From assembly GCA_016933025.1 (NCBI GenBank), contig JAFGBT010000015.1:78064-142063 (forward strand): 64,000 nt of DNA, written 5' to 3'. Below are positions 1-8,922 of this stretch, piece by piece. Every line of letters begins with the position of its first letter. Position 1 is the stretch's first letter. A program made the position numbers and the translations under genes. The notes below the pieces were generated by a model. The model was not told where the DNA came from. It did no database searches and saw nothing but the letters and a program-made list of their open reading frames with translations. Source of the stretch: Spirochaetota bacterium. GTDB lineage: Bacteria; Spirochaetota; UBA4802; UBA5550.

Positions 1-727
1 CGAATCTCTGAATCGTTTTTGAACTCTCCGGCAGCCGCAGCAGCGGGACTCCCTTGATCTCAGATTCCTCAATCTCCGAGTCCATCGGCGTGTAGCCGAG
101 AAACGGGATGCCGCTTTCCCTGATCCCGTCGAGGAACTCCTGCCCGAGCGTCTCCGGCGTGCGGTTGACCAGGAGATGGCGGCTCCCGACCGCGATTTTC
201 AGCTCGTCGACCATCGCGGAGAGGGCCTTCACGGTCTTCAGGCCCTTCAGTGAATAATTGGAACAGAAGATCAATGTGTCGATCCGTGCCGCGGTCTTGC
301 GGCTGAAATGCTCCATCCCCGCCTCGTTGTCCACGACGATGTAGGGGTAGTTCTTCGACAGGTCGTCGAAATAATCCCTGAGCATGGCGTTGGCGGCGCA
401 GTAACAGCCGGGTCCCTCAGGCACGCCCATCACCATCATGTCGATATCCTTTTCCTCTTTAAGGATCTGGTGCAGCTTCAGTTCTAGAAAGGCCTGCTTG
501 GTCATCCCGGGGGGAAGCGAGGCCCGATTTCGCAAAAAGTCGGAAAGGACCGAACCGATGCTGTCCTGCACCTGTATCCCGAGCGAATCGGCGAGGTTTG
601 CGTTCGGGTCGGCGTCCACGGCGAGGACGGGCGTTTTGCCCCGCCTGAGCAGCGTGCGTATGATGAGCGCCGCCGCCGTCGTTTTTCCGGTGCCGCCCTT
701 GCCGGCGACCGCAATAATCCTACTCAC
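1..727 (-). CDS. cooC: CO dehydrogenase/acetyl-CoA synthase nickel-insertion accessory ATPase (CooC/AcsF, MinD-type), N-terminal part. The gene runs off the window start.
   Basis: Minus-strand translation from GTG 725-727 reads MSRIIAVAGKGGTGKTTAAALIIRTLLRRGKTPVLAVDADPNANLADSLG... Walker A motif GKGGTGKTT. No stop codon before coordinate 1. Confidence 0.7.
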   Translation of the reverse strand, partial: MSRIIAVAGKGGTGKTTAAALIIRTLLRRGKTPVLAVDADPNANLADSLGIQVQDSIGSVLSDFLRNRASLPPGMTKQAFLELKLHQILKEEKDIDMMVMGVPEGPGCYCAANAMLRDYFDDLSKNYPYIVVDNEAGMEHFSRKTAARIDTLIFCSNYSLKGLKTVKALSAMVDELKIAVGSRHLLVNRTPETLGQEFLDGIRESGIPFLGYTPMDSEIEESEIKGVPLLRLPESSKTIQRF

Positions 728-2693
728 TTCTGTTCTCCTTCTTCCCGCACGTTCTGCCGAGGTTCTTGAACCGCTCCATTACCGACGGAAAATTCCGGAG
801 CTCCGTGTGCGGGAAGAAGAGCGCCGCCATGTAATGGTCCATGAAGGACTTGTTGTCCGCGAGTTCGAAGTTGGTCATCTTCGCCCCGATGTTCTCCGCG
901 TCGGCGAGAAGTTCGCGCGACAGTGTCGCCAGCCGCGCCCCCTGGAGCGAGCTGTTGCCGATAAAGGAAAAGCGCTCGACCGGGAGGTCCGGGAAGAGGC
1001 CGGTGGTGATGGACTTCTCGATGTCGATATAGCTGCCGAAGGCGCCGGCGATGATGATCTCGTCAAGGTCGGCGTAGGTGAGGCCGACGCTCTCCAGCAG
1101 TGTCTGATAGCCCGCGTACATGGCGCCCTTGGCCCGCATGAAGTTGTCGATATCCACCTCGGTGATGACGATGTCGCCGTCTATGCCGCTCCGTTCAGAG
1201 GGGACCAGGACGTACTCCATGCCGTCGCTGCCCTCTCTGACCCGGACGTTCTTCTCGAATTTGCCGTTCGGCTCAAGGATGCCGGTCTCCAGGAGCTCCG
1301 CCACAACATTGATGATCCCGGACCCGCAGATCCCGCGCGGCTTTTCCTCCCCGATGGTGAAGACCACGGGCTCGCAGGTAGCCGGGTCGATGCGGACCTC
1401 CTCGATGGCGCCGGCGGCCGCCCGCATGCCGTGCCGTATGCCGCCGCCCTCGAACGCGGGACCGGCGGAGCAGGAGGCCGTGACAAGCCATTCCCTGTTG
1501 CCCAGCACGATTTCGCCGTTGGTGCCGATGTCGATGAAGAGGGTGTTCCGGTCGCGCCGGTAGAGCCCGGACGCGAGGACTCCGGCCACGATGTCACCGC
1601 CGACGTAGCTCGATATCAGCGGCATGGCGTAGAGGTAGACATACCCGTCAAGGTCGAGGCCGAGACTCCGGGCCTTCACCGGCGGCACCCGGTTAACCGC
1701 GGGAGTGTAGGGCGCCGAACGGACGTAGCGCGTGTCGAGCCCGAGGAGCAGATGCGTCATGACAGTGTTTCCCGCCACGGTTATATGCGAGATATCGCGG
1801 CGATCCAGCGATGCGTCGCGCAGTAATTGGCCGATGACGCCGTTCATGGTTTCAGTGACGGCATGCTGTAAAATTTTCAGACCGTCCCCCTTCTGCGCGA
1901 ACACCATCCTGCTTATCACGTCATCGCCGTGTTTCATCTGCATGTTGTAGTCTGAGGCTTCCGCGATCACCTGGTCCCGGGAGAGGTCGATCATTTCGCC
2001 GCAGACAGTCGTGGTGCCGATGTCGATGGCCACGCAGTAATGGCGGCCGGCCGTGTCGCCCGGTTCGATCCTGACGAGCCTCGGCTCTCCGGGCCCGCCG
2101 GATCGGGACGCGCCGTCGTGGAGTATGGTCGCCGTCGCGGTCCAATTCCCTTCCCGGAGGGTGCCGGGCAGCGCCGCCATTGCCTGGAAATCGACGGAGA
2201 TGGTATCCAGTCCATGCTGCTTTTTTATGGCCCGAAGTGTCCGAGACAGGTCGCTGGCGTTATCCTGAAGAGTGGGGGGATCGACTGCGATGAGATTTTT
2301 TTCGACCACGGGGCGCTGTCCACCGGCGGGGAGTATCTGATCGGCGAGCGGCGCCGCGAGTCTGCCCGTCGGTTTGTCGACGCGCGGTTTGTCGAGGCCG
2401 CCGCGGTGCAGCCGCGATTCAGCCGGTATTTGCATCTCGAGCGGGGAGTCGGCGCGGCACAGACAGGCGAGGCGGTATCCTTTCGCGTATTCTTCGTCCG
2501 ATATTTTCTCTGTTTTACCGCCGGTCGTGCTCCCTTTTGTTACGATTACCCGGCACTTGCCGCAGGTGCCCTGGCCGCCGCACGAGGAAGTTATATGCAC
2601 CCCCGCTGCGTGGGCCGCGCGCAGGAGGCTCTCCCCGCGGGGCACGTCCACGGTCACGTTATCAGGGAGCAGTGTAATTCTGATATCGGGCAT
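720..2693 (-). CDS. Corrinoid reductive activase (RACo-type): N-terminal plant-type 2Fe-2S ferredoxin fused to an ASKHA/DUF4445 ATPase domain.
   Basis: 657-aa ORF. N-terminus CGGQGTCGKCRV and RLACLCR (2Fe-2S). Central DIGTTTV and GGDIVAG ASKHA-like motifs. Lies directly upstream of cooC in the same orientation. Confidence 0.75.
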   Translation of the reverse strand: MPDIRITLLPDNVTVDVPRGESLLRAAHAAGVHITSSCGGQGTCGKCRVIVTKGSTTGGKTEKISDEEYAKGYRLACLCRADSPLEMQIPAESRLHRGGLDKPRVDKPTGRLAAPLADQILPAGGQRPVVEKNLIAVDPPTLQDNASDLSRTLRAIKKQHGLDTISVDFQAMAALPGTLREGNWTATATILHDGASRSGGPGEPRLVRIEPGDTAGRHYCVAIDIGTTTVCGEMIDLSRDQVIAEASDYNMQMKHGDDVISRMVFAQKGDGLKILQHAVTETMNGVIGQLLRDASLDRRDISHITVAGNTVMTHLLLGLDTRYVRSAPYTPAVNRVPPVKARSLGLDLDGYVYLYAMPLISSYVGGDIVAGVLASGLYRRDRNTLFIDIGTNGEIVLGNREWLVTASCSAGPAFEGGGIRHGMRAAAGAIEEVRIDPATCEPVVFTIGEEKPRGICGSGIINVVAELLETGILEPNGKFEKNVRVREGSDGMEYVLVPSERSGIDGDIVITEVDIDNFMRAKGAMYAGYQTLLESVGLTYADLDEIIIAGAFGSYIDIEKSITTGLFPDLPVERFSFIGNSSLQGARLATLSRELLADAENIGAKMTNFELADNKSFMDHYMAALFFPHTELRNFPSVMERFKNLGRTCGKKENRSE

Positions 2694-2698
2694 GGCAG

Positions 2699-2742
2699 AT
2701 AACTATATTACTATATCAAGATATATTGATATAGTAATATAG
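2699..2742. promoter_or_regulatory. 44-bp near-perfect palindrome (one central mismatch) overlapping the -10 of a predicted minus-strand sigma70-like promoter: TTGACA (2754-2759), 17-bp spacer, TACTAT (2731-2736). Serves the RACo-cooC operon.
   Basis: aactatattactatatcaa / ttgatatagtaatatagtt arms seen directly. Hexamers read on the minus strand. Start codon at 2693. Confidence 0.4.
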
Positions 2743-2799
2743 TTTAACATTCCTGTCAAGATTAATTTCCGAAAAATGATGTTCTATTGAAAAACGTAA

Positions 2800-2813
2800 C
2801 TGATAGTTATCTG
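2800..2813. repeat. Degenerate copy (12/14) of the dyad motif CCGATAGTTATCGG (ctgatagttatctg).
   Basis: Read directly. Sits 7 bp from a perfect copy. Confidence 0.5.
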
Positions 2814-2820
2814 TTGAGAG

Positions 2821-2834
2821 CCGATAACTATCGG
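2821..2834. repeat. Dyad motif CCGATAACTATCGG (minus orientation of CCGATA-GT-TATCGG).
   Basis: Exact 14-mer read in sequence. Lies upstream (-60 to -75) of the predicted RACo promoter. Confidence 0.6.
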
Positions 2835-2993
2835 GAAATATCAGCCATTGTACACAAGAAACAGGTGCGTATCGGACAATTTGTAATAAATGTCGATATT
2901 CGGGCCACTTTCGCTGGCATAAATCCATGCCGTATACCGTTCCCGGATGTTGATAATTTTTGTCCTGTCAAAAGTATCCTGTCCGCTATCCGA

Positions 2994-4760
2994 TCAAAAT
3001 ACTCCGGTCACCTTTCGTCGTTTGAGATCGACGTCTATCCTTCTGAATGCCGGGTCAGAGGCGGTGCCCGGCATAAGGCTGATGGCCCCGGCTACCGGCA
3101 CGACAAATCCGGCTCCGTGATAGGAGAGGATGTCCCGGACCGGAAGGACCCAGTTTTCGGGCACTCCTTTCAGGTTCGGATCGTGTGAGAGCGAAAGGTG
3201 TGTCTTGACCATGCAGGTGCCGAGCTTTGATATCTCCGGGTCACTATCCATCGTTTTAAGCTTCTCTTCGGCGTCCGGCAGATATTTCACGCCGCTGGCG
3301 CCGTAGACTTCCCTGGCGATGATCTCGATCCGCCTGGAGAGCGGTTCTGATAGATCATAGAGGAACTTGAAGTCTGTTTTATCTTCGCACGCATCGACGA
3401 CCGCGTCGGTGAGCTCGAGCGCTCCGTCTCCACCCTCCAGCCAGTGGCGGGATACGGCGACGCGAGCGCCGGCCGCCTCGGCCTGGCGCCTGATCATGTC
3501 GATCTCGGCCTTCGTATCGGTGGAGAAGGGGTTTATGCAGACAACCGGGTTGATGCCGGCTTTCTTCACGGTCCCGATGTGACGTATCAGGTTTGCACAC
3601 CCTTTTTCCACCAGGCCGAGGTTCTCCTCCATGTAAACGGGGTCGAGCGGGTGCCCCGGCGGGACCGGCGGGCCGCCACCGTGGCTCTTGAGGGCGCGGA
3701 CCGTGGCGACGATGACCGCGCAGTGCGGCTTCAGACCGCTCATACGGCACTTCAGGTTCCAGAACTTCTCGAAGCCGATGTCCGCCCCGAACCCGCTTTC
3801 GGTGACGTGGTAATCCGAAAGCTTCAGCGCGAGTTTGTCCGCGGCGATGGACGATTGTCCTATGGCTATATTTGCGAAGGGGCCCGCATGCACGAAGAGC
3901 GGCTGTCCCTCGAGCGTCTGCAATAAATTGGGCTTCAGGGTATTGAACATCCAGGCGGTCATGGCGCCGTCGACCTCGAGGTCGGCTGTGGTGATGGGGT
4001 CCCCGTTTTTGCTGCGGGCCATAACGATTTTGCCGATCCGCTCCCGCATGTCCGCCATGCTGCTCGATACGGCCAGGATCGCCATGAGCTCCGAGCTGGC
4101 GGCGATCTGGAACTTGGACTCCATGAGGAAGCCGTCCGTCGAGCCGCCCATGCCGATCATGATCTTCCTGAGTGACTGGGCGCAGAAGTCGATGACCCAT
4201 CCCATCTCCACGCTCCGCGGGTCTATGCTGAGCCGGCGGAGCCGCTTCGACGCGAGCATCGCGTTATCATAGTTGAATTCGTGCTGCATGCGCGCGGTGA
4301 GTGCAACCATCGCCAGGTTGTGGGCGTTCATAATGTCGTTGTTGTCGCCGGTGAGCCCGAAGGAGAACGGCACGAGCGGGATGCACTGCGACAGGCCTCC
4401 GCCGCCGGCGCTCCCCTTTATATTCATGGTCGGGCCGCCGGACGGCTGCCGTATAGCGCCGGTCGCCTTTTTCCCCCTTTTTCCCAGTCCCTGGAGGAGC
4501 CCGATGGTGGTTGTACTCTTGCCTTCGCCCAGGGGCGTCGGGGTTATGGCGGTAACGTCGATATATTTGCCGTCGGGCCTGTTCGCGAGGCGCTCCAGGA
4601 CTATCTCAAAGTCGACCTTGCCGTAGTAATGACCGTTGGGAAGGAGTTCCTCGTCGCGGATTCCCAGCTCGTCAGCGAGCCGGTACACGGTCTTCATCTT
4701 CTTCTCGCCTTCCTCGGCGATCTGCCAGTCCGGCAGTTTTCTTGGATCCGGTTTTTTCAC
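2994..4760 (-). CDS. fhs: Formate--tetrahydrofolate ligase.
   Basis: 588-aa ORF with strong family hallmarks ([36 protein letters not shown]). GTG start preceded by AGGA. Confidence 0.9.
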   Translation of the reverse strand: MKKPDPRKLPDWQIAEEGEKKMKTVYRLADELGIRDEELLPNGHYYGKVDFEIVLERLANRPDGKYIDVTAITPTPLGEGKSTTTIGLLQGLGKRGKKATGAIRQPSGGPTMNIKGSAGGGGLSQCIPLVPFSFGLTGDNNDIMNAHNLAMVALTARMQHEFNYDNAMLASKRLRRLSIDPRSVEMGWVIDFCAQSLRKIMIGMGGSTDGFLMESKFQIAASSELMAILAVSSSMADMRERIGKIVMARSKNGDPITTADLEVDGAMTAWMFNTLKPNLLQTLEGQPLFVHAGPFANIAIGQSSIAADKLALKLSDYHVTESGFGADIGFEKFWNLKCRMSGLKPHCAVIVATVRALKSHGGGPPVPPGHPLDPVYMEENLGLVEKGCANLIRHIGTVKKAGINPVVCINPFSTDTKAEIDMIRRQAEAAGARVAVSRHWLEGGDGALELTDAVVDACEDKTDFKFLYDLSEPLSRRIEIIAREVYGASGVKYLPDAEEKLKTMDSDPEISKLGTCMVKTHLSLSHDPNLKGVPENWVLPVRDILSYHGAGFVVPVAGAISLMPGTASDPAFRRIDVDLKRRKVTGVF

Positions 4761-4845
4761 AACTCATCCTGCCTGTCCGCATTACACGGAGGAAAATTTT
4801 TTTTGAAATTCAGGTGGATAGGCTAATTAATCAAGGATTTTTTGT

Positions 4846-5028
4846 TTATTCTTCCTTATTAATAGAGGGCCCATGCTTCTGGATTTCGTGTATAACGCAG
4901 GAGGTCCTGAATTTACAGTATCCCTTCGGGTCCCGGCATGAAAGGCATTCATCGCAGAGGAACTCGTTGTATTTCGAGCAGAAATACTTGCCGGTTCTCT
5001 CCGGATGTCGTACACAGGTTTGTTTCAT
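4846..5028 (-). CDS. Small Cys/His-rich zinc-finger protein (B-box-like).
   Basis: 60-aa ORF MKQTCVRHPERTGKYFCSKYNEFLCDECLSCRDPKGYCKFRTSCVIHE with regular C-x2-H, C-x2-C and C-x2-H spacing. Lies in an AT-rich intergenic gap. Confidence 0.45.
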   Translation of the reverse strand: MKQTCVRHPERTGKYFCSKYNEFLCDECLSCRDPKGYCKFRTSCVIHEIQKHGPSINKEE

Positions 5029-5336
5029 AAGAAACGCAAAATTATTTAATATATAATAAAATACTAAAATACTCTTATTCTGTCAACTCATTTTATCGGA
5101 AGGTCCTGGATGGTGAAATCCGTGGGTGAGAAAGGGAAATGTCATTGTCAATTCCAGGAATGAAGCGAGAAATTCAAAAAATATTTTTTTTATGGATGCG
5201 TGTTGATTTAGATCTGTTTTTTATATATTCATTGTACTAGAGGGAACTGATTATAGTACCTGTCCGATTCCACCCATGATTCATCACTGAATTGTTCGCT
5301 CTTTTTCACTATTCTTCATACGCAGGAGGGAGCTCA

Positions 5337-5570
5337 ATGCTATCAAAAAAAACAACCACTTCATCGTCTTCGCCGAAAGCCGCCCCGCCCAAAAGCGGCA
5401 AAAAGGTTAAACACGCCGCAACCTTCGATGTTTCTCGTTTCCAGGATGAAATAAAGCTGCAGGCGTATTACAACTATCTCAAGCGGGTAAATAATAATTT
5501 CCCCGGATCAGAGATGGGCGACTGGCTTGAAGCCGAGAAGAGCGTGATGTTAAAAATGAAGGCGCACTGA
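5337..5570 (+). CDS. Small DUF2934-like protein.
   Basis: ATG at 5337 preceded by GCAGGAGGGAG. C-terminal DWLEAE motif. Confidence 0.45.
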   Translation: MLSKKTTTSSSSPKAAPPKSGKKVKHAATFDVSRFQDEIKLQAYYNYLKRVNNNFPGSEMGDWLEAEKSVMLKMKAH

Positions 5571-5581
5571 GAGGGGCGGCC

Positions 5582-6889
5582 CTACAATTTCGCAACCCAT
5601 CCCCTGCCCTGTAGTTCCACGCCTTTTTTCATGGCGGCAAGAAAACGCGATCTGAGCCTGTCGCTCATGAGCGCCCGCTTGACCGGCGAAAGGCGGAGGA
5701 ATCCGCCTACAAAACTCCGCATGAAGTTCTGGGTTACGCTCTCGGGGTTCACGAATATCTGGTTCTGGAGGGTGTTGCGCTCCAGGGCGGCAAGGATCAC
5801 CTTCTCGAACACGGTTTCAGGGTGGATAACCCTGTTTTTCCGCCGCGTTAGTGTCATGGCCCCTTTGGGGCATTTGATCGCGCATACGCCGCAGCCCAGG
5901 CAGAAGGAGGAGTCGATAACAGGCTCCATTCTTTTTCTCGATCGTGGTGCTTGTACGGGTCGCATTTCGATTGCGTTAATGGGGCAGGCTTTTGCGCACG
6001 CGCCACAGCCGGTGCAGGCCTCGTCGTGATGCTGTACGATATAGGTTGACGTCACAACCGTCTTGGTGTAGCCGTACCTGCTGATGCCGGCAAGGGCATT
6101 GCAACAGCACTTGCAGCAGTGGCAGACAGCGGTGATGTTCTTCTGAACGTTATCTCCGCAGAAAACAAGGCCGAGCTCCCTCGATCGCGCGAAGTTTTCT
6201 TTCATCTCGGTGCGGGAAACCTTTTTCGCCAGTTTGTTCCTGATCATGTAGTCGGCACCGTAGCCGAACGAGGAGCATGTGTTGATCGGGTTTTTGCACT
6301 CCTTGCGGCCGGTATGCTGTTTCTCATTCCGGCAGGAGCAGATGCCGATTGCGAAGGTGTCATTCGATTCGATTATTGCGGACGCCTTTTCGTAGTCGAG
6401 TATCTCCGTGCACTCGGATTCCCCGATCGACTCTTCGTGCGGGATCGCCCTGAGTATTGAAATGACCTGCCCGTCGTTGAAATTCGCCCCGTAGAAGTCG
6501 CCGTTCAGGTATTCGTGAAAAAGGCCGGCCCATTTCTTGTAGTTGAGCTGTCCGCGGGTTCGCATCATGGTGAACTCAAAGATGCCGATGACCATCGGTG
6601 ACGGCATGTAGTAGTACCGGTCATTCGCGAAGATATCGGTAATGAGCCCCTTGCCCGCGAGCGTCTCGAGGATTTTCTGCAGATGGGCCGGCTGGTAGCC
6701 GGTGATCTTCGCTACCTGGGCGAGGTCGGCAAGGCCATAGGGCATGCGGGCAACAACATCCGCTTCTTCGGGTGTGTAGAGCTCTTTTAAGATCCGGAAC
6801 AGCGTCTCGCTCTGCGGCGCCCTGGCCGTAAGTCCGTCGATTTTTTCGCCAAGTTTTACATATGCTTCCTTCGGTCCGAGCTGGGCCAT
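5582..6889 (-). CDS. 4Fe-4S dicluster iron-sulfur protein of unknown function.
   Basis: 435 aa. Two ferredoxin motifs, CTGCGACAKACP and CLGCGVCAIKCP, plus an unusual Cys cluster CHCCKCCC and AIGICSC. Confidence 0.7.
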   Translation of the reverse strand: MAQLGPKEAYVKLGEKIDGLTARAPQSETLFRILKELYTPEEADVVARMPYGLADLAQVAKITGYQPAHLQKILETLAGKGLITDIFANDRYYYMPSPMVIGIFEFTMMRTRGQLNYKKWAGLFHEYLNGDFYGANFNDGQVISILRAIPHEESIGESECTEILDYEKASAIIESNDTFAIGICSCRNEKQHTGRKECKNPINTCSSFGYGADYMIRNKLAKKVSRTEMKENFARSRELGLVFCGDNVQKNITAVCHCCKCCCNALAGISRYGYTKTVVTSTYIVQHHDEACTGCGACAKACPINAIEMRPVQAPRSRKRMEPVIDSSFCLGCGVCAIKCPKGAMTLTRRKNRVIHPETVFEKVILAALERNTLQNQIFVNPESVTQNFMRSFVGGFLRLSPVKRALMSDRLRSRFLAAMKKGVELQGRGWVAKL

Positions 6890-6918
6890 CTGTTATCCTC
6901 CGTCAGCGGTTTTCAATA

Positions 6919-8298
6919 TCAGTCCCGCGAGTGATCTTCGACGCTTCCTTCCCAGAGATATTTTTTTGTCTCGGAAAAAATCACCCCGTTTAATAACAAC
7001 AGGACCACCAGATTGGGCAGTGCCATGAGCATGTTCATCATGTCGGCAAAGTCCCAGACGAGGGGGAGCGAAACGACCGCGCCGACCATGACCGCGATGA
7101 CCCAGAGGAGCCGGTAGGGCATGATCGATTTTTTACCGAACAGGTATTCGATCGCCCGCTCGCCGTAGTATGACCAGCCGAGGATGGTGGAGTATACGAA
7201 GGTCAGCAGCCCGACTGTCAGGATGACGGGGCCCACTACCGGCAGCTCTGCGAACGCGCGTTTGGTCATGGCCGCGCCGTTGAGAGCGCTGAAGTCGGCG
7301 GGGAATCGCATCATGGTGCTCACGAGCATCAGGCCGGTTATGGCGCAGACGACCACCGTGTCCCAGAAGGTCCCGGTGGCGGAAACCAGGGCCTGCTTCA
7401 CCGGGTTCCTGGTGATCGCGGCAGCGGCCACGATCGGCGCGGACCCGAGACCGGCCTCGTTGGAGAACAGGCCGCGGGCGATGCCCCAGCGCGCTGCCAT
7501 CATCACCGAGGCGCCGATAAACCCGCCGCCGGCCGCCTGCGGGGTGAATGCCGATTTCCCGATCAGGGCCAGAGATGGAATGAGGACTTCATGGTTTATT
7601 CCGAGTATGATGAGGCAGCCGGCGATATAGAATATCGCCATGAATGGAATGAGGAGGGTGCAGACGCGTGCGATGGAGCGCACCCCGCCCAGGATGACAA
7701 TGGCCGTGAGGATGGTGACGAAGCCGCCTGTTACCCAGTTGGGGGTCCCGAAGGTTTCCTTTGCCAAGTTGGATATGGCATTGGCCTGCACCATGTTGCC
7801 GATGCCAAAAGCCGCCAGAGAAGTGAAGATGCAGAACAATACCGCCAGCCATTTTTGCCCGAGTCCTTTCTCGAGGGCGTACATCGGCCCTCCCAGCATG
7901 GTGCCGTCAGGTGTTTTTTCCCGAAACTTGACCGCGAGCACAGCCTCACCGTATTTGGTGGCGAAGCCGAACACGCCGGTGAGCCAGCACCAGAGCACGG
8001 CGCCCGGCCCGCCAAGGGCCACGGCCGTGGCAACGCCCACGATGTTGCCGGTGCCGATGGTAGCGGCCAGCGCCGTGGTGAGCGCGCCGAAGTGGTGGAC
8101 ATCTCCGTGTCCGTCCGCGTCCTTTGTGAACGAGAGCTTGATGGCGAGGCCGACATATCGCTGAATGAATTTCAGTCGTATGGTGAGAAAGATGTGCGTT
8201 CCGAAAAGGACCACCAGCATCGGCGGTCCCCATAGATAGCCGTTTATCCATTTGATGATGTCGTGAATGGTTTCCATGGGCGTCCGCCTTGTTTTCAT
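6919..8298 (-). CDS. Alanine/glycine:cation symporter (AGCS family).
   Basis: 459-aa polytopic membrane protein. GTGNIVGVATA and GLFSNEAGLGSAPI motifs typical of sodium:alanine symporters. Confidence 0.85.
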   Translation of the reverse strand: MKTRRTPMETIHDIIKWINGYLWGPPMLVVLFGTHIFLTIRLKFIQRYVGLAIKLSFTKDADGHGDVHHFGALTTALAATIGTGNIVGVATAVALGGPGAVLWCWLTGVFGFATKYGEAVLAVKFREKTPDGTMLGGPMYALEKGLGQKWLAVLFCIFTSLAAFGIGNMVQANAISNLAKETFGTPNWVTGGFVTILTAIVILGGVRSIARVCTLLIPFMAIFYIAGCLIILGINHEVLIPSLALIGKSAFTPQAAGGGFIGASVMMAARWGIARGLFSNEAGLGSAPIVAAAAITRNPVKQALVSATGTFWDTVVVCAITGLMLVSTMMRFPADFSALNGAAMTKRAFAELPVVGPVILTVGLLTFVYSTILGWSYYGERAIEYLFGKKSIMPYRLLWVIAVMVGAVVSLPLVWDFADMMNMLMALPNLVVLLLLNGVIFSETKKYLWEGSVEDHSRD

Positions 8299-8367
8299 AA
8301 AATATGCTGGTGAACTCGTAATTTTTTGTACAAATTGTCGAGTTCTGTCAAATCATTTTTGTCGGAG

Positions 8368-8432
8368 CCGGGGTCAGAGTAAAATGGGGAGTATTGACAC
8401 CGATAGTTATCGGTTGGCACCGATTACTATCG
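8368..8432. repeat. Composite element: CCGGGGTCAGAGTAA box (8368-8382), TTGACA, dyad motif CCGATAGTTATCGG (8400-8413), then a degenerate second copy caccgattactatcg.
   Basis: Read directly. The same two boxes co-occur at 31691-31741. Confidence 0.6.
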
Positions 8433-8499
8433 TATATTCTTTAATCAAGGAAAGATATAGCCGATATTTTTTATAAGAGAATATGGAGACACGTATGTT

Positions 8500-8895
8500 A
8501 TGATTAGCGCACTCAATTTAAAAGAATTCTCCGAAAAGTTTTCTTATAATGATCACCGAAAACATCTTTTTGATTTGTTCGTGGAAGAACTTGAATCGGT
8601 GAAGAAACAATGCGCCAGGCTGCGTGTCCTGATATTCGGAAGCTATATCACGTCAAAAAAGAAGCCGGGCGATATTGATGTGCTGATATCATTGATCCCG
8701 AACAAGGATTGCGTCTACAGAATCGTAACCAGGGGATTGCAACACAGGCATCCCAGAGAAGTCGATATACACTACTACAAGACCCAGCGGTATATTAAGG
8801 ATGCAGACGGCCTCATCAGGCATTTTAATAAAAATCGGATCAATGAGCTGAAGGGAGTGTCAATCAAAAAGGCGATAGAGATAAAGGATATATGA
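8500..8895 (+). CDS. Nucleotidyltransferase-fold (Pol-beta superfamily) small protein.
   Basis: 131 aa. LIFGSY...PGDIDVLISL matches the GS-x(n)-DxD NTase motif. Lies in an AT-rich segment. Confidence 0.5.
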   Translation: MISALNLKEFSEKFSYNDHRKHLFDLFVEELESVKKQCARLRVLIFGSYITSKKKPGDIDVLISLIPNKDCVYRIVTRGLQHRHPREVDIHYYKTQRYIKDADGLIRHFNKNRINELKGVSIKKAIEIKDI

Positions 8896-8922
8896 CGCGC
8901 TTTTTCGGGGGGAGGGAAACAG

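Noticed and set aside
438-1826. 462-aa plus-strand ORF.
   Set aside because: Lies antisense to the clearly homologous RACo gene. Pro/Arg/Ala-rich low-complexity translation typical of high-GC shadow ORFs.
3379-4200. 273-aa and 160-aa ORFs overlapping fhs. Similar long antisense ORFs occur at 11783-12949, 36135-37076, 37119-37943 and 59992-61095.
   Set aside because: All lie opposite strongly supported genes and have Arg/Pro/Gly-rich composition. Artefacts of high GC content.
5582-6889. Considered HgcB-like mercury-methylation ferredoxin, because of corrinoid-pathway neighbours and a Cys-rich tail.
   Set aside because: The protein is 435 aa (HgcB is about 95 aa). No HgcA-like corrinoid protein with a cap-helix motif is adjacent.
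8299-8499. Possible glycine riboswitch upstream of the alanine/glycine symporter.
   Set aside because: No tandem GGAGAG...ACCGAAGG aptamer cores. The region is instead occupied by the composite dyad element on the opposite-facing side.
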